The translations under genes and the position numbers were made by a program. Below are positions 60,790-64,000 of a stretch of 64,000 bases of DNA, in pieces (within the stretch, counting starts at the first letter, position 1; the number at the start of each line of letters is the position of its first letter). The notes under the pieces are model-generated. The model made no database searches, was not told the origin of the DNA, and was given only the letters and a program-made list of their open reading frames with translations. Origin of the DNA: an uncultured bacterium (GTDB taxonomy: Bacteria; Omnitrophota; Gorgyraeia; Kaelpiales; Kaelpiaceae); NCBI GenBank assembly GCA_965541635.1, contig CBEUCN010000001.1:13526-77525 (forward strand), read 5' to 3'.

Positions 60790-62591
60790 TTTCCACCTCC
60801 TACATCTTGGAATTGATAGCGATAGTATTTACAATAGAGACCATTCCTGGCTAAAAGCTCCTCATGCCTACCTTCCTCTACAATTTTTCCATCCTCCATT
60901 ACCACAATTCTATCCGCCCGGCGAGCAGTTGATAATCGATGAGCAATTAAAAATACTGTGCGATTTTCAATCAATCTTTGAATTGCTTCCTGAACTTTAA
61001 TTTCAGAATCAGCATCTAACTGTGCTGTGGCTTCATCCAGGATAAGAATGGGAGGATTTTTCAAAACCGCACGAGCAATTGCAATTCTCTGCTTTTCTCC
61101 TCCCGAAAGTTTTACTCCCCGCTCCCCTACAATGGTATTATAACCGGCAGGTAAATTCATAATAAATTCATGAGCATTGGCTATCTTTGCTGCCTGCTCT
61201 ACTTCTTCCTGGGATTTATCCTTCATGCCATAGGCGATATTATTGAAAACGGTATCATTAAAAAGCACAGGTTCCTGAGTTACAAGACCAATATATCTTC
61301 TCAAAGAATCAATCTTTACGTCTCTAATATCAATCCCGTCAATTAAAATTCTGCCTTTAGTAGGATCATAAAATCTCAACAGCAAACTCAAAAGTGTTGT
61401 TTTTCCGGCCCCACTTGGTCCTACCAGACATATAATTTCTCCCATAGTTACCTTCAAGTTGATTCCCTTTAATACAAATTCCTGTTCATATTTAAACCAG
61501 ACATCTTCAAACACTATATCTTGCTTGGGATAAGGGAGCTCAATTGCTGAAGGCTTCTCTTTTACTGTTGGCTCCTTTTCAATTATTTCAAATACCCTTT
61601 CCACAGCCGCCATAGCAACCTGATTAAAATTATATACCTTCAAAAGTCTCTTAACTGGTTTCATCAAAGCCATAAGTGCTCCCAGAAAATAAACAAAAAC
61701 ACCAAACGACATCTTACCTTGAATTACTTCCCTTCCCCCTATAACCAGAACCAGCACCCCTCCTGCTCCGGCAATAAATTCTGTTGCTGGATTTAAAAAC
61801 AATGTCCGGCGCATAGATTTCAATATTAATTTATAGAAATCTCTACTCAAAGCCTTGAAACGCTCAACTTCCTCTTTCTCCATGGAGTAAGCCTTAAGTA
61901 TATTCATAGATATAAAAGCCTCCTGCATTCTGGAATTAAGGTCTGCCATTTTGCTTTGAATCTGTCTGGAAATTTTCCGAAGGCGTTTACCCAGTTTTAA
62001 TAATGGCCAACTAATTCCGGGTAAAAATACCAAAACAAATAATGCCAGTTTAAAATTAATAAAAAGAACTATACCCAGATAGAGTAACAATTGAAAACTA
62101 TAATATACCGAATCAGCAATGCCCTCAGTAAAAGCATGTCTTATAACATAAATATCATAAGTCAACCGGGAAACGAGTTCTCCCACTCTGGTGTTGGAAA
62201 AGAAATCCAAGGACATATGCTGGATTTTTGTAAACAACTGATCCCGGAGGTCTCTTATCACTCTCTGTCCTACCACCTCCATCAGTAACCGCTGAACATA
62301 AAAAGTAAGTCCCTTTATTAAAATAAGAATGAGAACAATTATTGCCACTGCTATAAGCAAAGGTTGAGGCTCCATAGAGTTAACTTTATCTATCAGTTGC
62401 TTGAGAAACTGCGGGAGCCGGCCATTAGGAAATACAATAGGATGATTATTAAGAACTTTATCTGATATTGGAATCAACATTCCCAGAGAAATCCCGTCAG
62501 TGAGAGTAGAGAAGAACATAAAGAATATGGCAGATATTAACAACCACTTATAATTTTTGGCTATCCTGAGGACTTTTTTATATAATTTCAT
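60786..62591 (-). CDS. MsbA-like ABC exporter (TMD+NBD)
   Basis: 6-TM domain, GPSGAGKTT, LSGGEKQRIAIARA, ILDEAT, IAHRLST. Confidence 0.93.
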   Translation of the reverse strand: MKLYKKVLRIAKNYKWLLISAIFFMFFSTLTDGISLGMLIPISDKVLNNHPIVFPNGRLPQFLKQLIDKVNSMEPQPLLIAVAIIVLILILIKGLTFYVQRLLMEVVGQRVIRDLRDQLFTKIQHMSLDFFSNTRVGELVSRLTYDIYVIRHAFTEGIADSVYYSFQLLLYLGIVLFINFKLALFVLVFLPGISWPLLKLGKRLRKISRQIQSKMADLNSRMQEAFISMNILKAYSMEKEEVERFKALSRDFYKLILKSMRRTLFLNPATEFIAGAGGVLVLVIGGREVIQGKMSFGVFVYFLGALMALMKPVKRLLKVYNFNQVAMAAVERVFEIIEKEPTVKEKPSAIELPYPKQDIVFEDVWFKYEQEFVLKGINLKVTMGEIICLVGPSGAGKTTLLSLLLRFYDPTKGRILIDGIDIRDVKIDSLRRYIGLVTQEPVLFNDTVFNNIAYGMKDKSQEEVEQAAKIANAHEFIMNLPAGYNTIVGERGVKLSGGEKQRIAIARAVLKNPPILILDEATAQLDADSEIKVQEAIQRLIENRTVFLIAHRLSTARRADRIVVMEDGKIVEEGRHEELLARNGLYCKYYRYQFQDVGGGK

Positions 62592-62598
62592 CTGGAAG

Positions 62599-63843
62599 TT
62601 ATCCTTTAAGTTTCTGATAAAATCTCTCTCTGGTTGCTAAGTTTACTCTTGCCCGCAAATAAAGTCCACCGTTTTTTGAACACAATTCAACAATTTTATC
62701 CTCAGGCAGAAGTTTAACAAGATGAATCTTATCCTTGGGCAAGTATATTTGTAACCAGGACTCATAATCTGCAAGAAATTCCTTAATCCTGTATTGCAAT
62801 TCATCTATCCCCCATCCTTTTAACGCTGATATAAAAATTGCCTGAGGATAGTTATATTTTAAAGATTCGATTCTATGAGCAGGCAACAAATCAATTTTAT
62901 TCACAACTGTAATAACTGGAATCTCTCTGGCTCCAATCTCCTTTAACACATTATATACTGCAGTTTCTCTCTTTTTATACAGAGGATGACTTACATCCAA
63001 AATATGAAGTACCAAATTTGCTGAACAAACTTCCTCCAAAGTGGCTTTAAATGCCTCTATCAAATGATGGGGCAGTTCGTTCAAAAATCCCACAGTATCC
63101 AGAAGCAGAATTTTCTGTCTTCCTGAAAGATAATAAATTCGAGATACAGGATCAAGGGTAGTAAACATGGCATTGGATGAAGGTTGATTGGCAGTAGTTA
63201 ATCTATTCAATAATGTGGTTTTGCCAGCATTAGTATAACCTACAAGAGCAACGACAGGAATCTCATTACTTTGCCTTCTCTTACGCAAGGCGTCTCTTCT
63301 CTTCCTTATCTCCTGCAGTTCCTGTAATAATTTATCAATTCTTTTTCTAATTCTCCTCCTGTCTATCTCCAGTTTTTTCTCTCCTGGTCCTCTGGTTCCA
63401 ATTCCTCCTCCCAGACGAGAAAGCAAAATTCCTTTTCCCTTTAACCTTGGAAGCAAATACTGCAGTTGCGCCAATTCCACCTGAAGTTTCCCTTCCGAAC
63501 CTCGAGCATGATGAGCAAAAACATCTAGTATTAACTGAGTGCGATCAATGGTTTTTATACCAACCTCATCTTCTATATTCAACTGCTGAGCAGGAGAAAG
63601 GTCATGGGAAAATATTATCACCTCACTTTGTGCATTGTGAGCCTTTTCTCTGATTTCCTCTATTTTACCCTTTCCGAGATAATAGCGGGGATTAGGCTGT
63701 TTAAGTTTAACTATCAATTCTCCCACTATCTCACAGCCAGTTGAAGATACTAATTCTCTCATCTCTTCTGCTTTATCCTGAGCAATCCAGATATCTTTTT
63801 TCCTCTCTTCTACAACTGTTACTACAAATGCCTTTTCCTTCAT
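62599..63843 (-). CDS. hflX: Ribosome-splitting GTPase HflX
   Basis: DRTQLILD.F, EGKLQVELAQL, GGIGTRGPGE, GYTNAGKTT, DTVGF, NKID. Confidence 0.98.
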   Translation of the reverse strand: MKEKAFVVTVVEERKKDIWIAQDKAEEMRELVSSTGCEIVGELIVKLKQPNPRYYLGKGKIEEIREKAHNAQSEVIIFSHDLSPAQQLNIEDEVGIKTIDRTQLILDVFAHHARGSEGKLQVELAQLQYLLPRLKGKGILLSRLGGGIGTRGPGEKKLEIDRRRIRKRIDKLLQELQEIRKRRDALRKRRQSNEIPVVALVGYTNAGKTTLLNRLTTANQPSSNAMFTTLDPVSRIYYLSGRQKILLLDTVGFLNELPHHLIEAFKATLEEVCSANLVLHILDVSHPLYKKRETAVYNVLKEIGAREIPVITVVNKIDLLPAHRIESLKYNYPQAIFISALKGWGIDELQYRIKEFLADYESWLQIYLPKDKIHLVKLLPEDKIVELCSKNGGLYLRARVNLATRERFYQKLKG

Positions 63844-64000
63844 GAAATAATTCCCGATTCTTTCATTATATAACTTACCACTTCATTTCCACTCTTAAAA
63901 TTGTCAAGATTTATCCATTTTATCCGCTTATCCCGCCGCAACCAGGAAATTTGTCTTTTGGCGTATCTGCGGGTATTGCGTTTGGTCAACCGAATAGCCT
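63840..64000 (-). CDS. miaA: tRNA dimethylallyltransferase, C-terminal end (gene starts outside window)
   Basis: Not in ORF track. ..AIRLTKRNTRRYAKRQISWLRRD.. (TRxYAKRQxxW motif); ATGA overlap with hflX. Confidence 0.92.
   Translation of the reverse strand, partial: AIRLTKRNTRRYAKRQISWLRRDKRIKWINLDNFKSGNEVVSYIMKESGIIS

Noticed and set aside
2051-63653. All plus-strand ORFs in the track and small nested minus-strand ORFs (33120-33311, 34286-34507, 54022-54234)
   Set aside because: They lie on or opposite well-supported genes, show no recognisable motifs and read as antisense or off-frame shadows.
63865-63907. Perfect TTGACA and TATAAT upstream of hflX
   Set aside because: The hexamers are about 31 nt apart and both lie inside the miaA coding sequence.

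Overview
AT-rich, gene-dense core-chromosome segment of an anaerobic, apparently diderm bacterium (LolA-, MsbA-, LpxL-, GmhB- and AsmA-like genes). An uncultured lineage such as Omnitrophota is an unverified guess. Every supported gene is on the minus strand. In transcription order (right to left): a ~25 kb gap-free run from miaA'/hflX through leuS, comEA/comEC, tatAC, queF, panE, rex, apbE and nnrE into a Wood-Ljungdahl corrinoid module (acsC-acsV-cooC-acsD-acsE plus a lipoyl-domain gene) with no acsA/acsB in the window; glycolipid and nucleotide-sugar genes; udg-priA-def-fmt; tRNA-Arg(CCG); era; a DRG-type GTPase; nupC; addA/addB-like genes; an orphan nfnA-like gene; and a pyr operon (pyrR-B-C, carAB, pyrK-D-F') interrupted by lolA-like, Mut7-C, endonuclease Q and mutM genes. 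Found by reading the sequence and absent from the ORF track: partial pyrF and miaA, tatA, the tRNA, a 54-aa Cys4 protein, an 8x8-bp repeat, and the pyr leader. The best signal is that leader: a PyrR-binding stem overlaps the Shine-Dalgarno of a 17-aa leader ORF that runs through the terminator and stops 1 nt before the SD-less pyrR AUG. No mobile element, prophage or CRISPR array was seen. Family calls come from motif recognition by eye, with no database searches.
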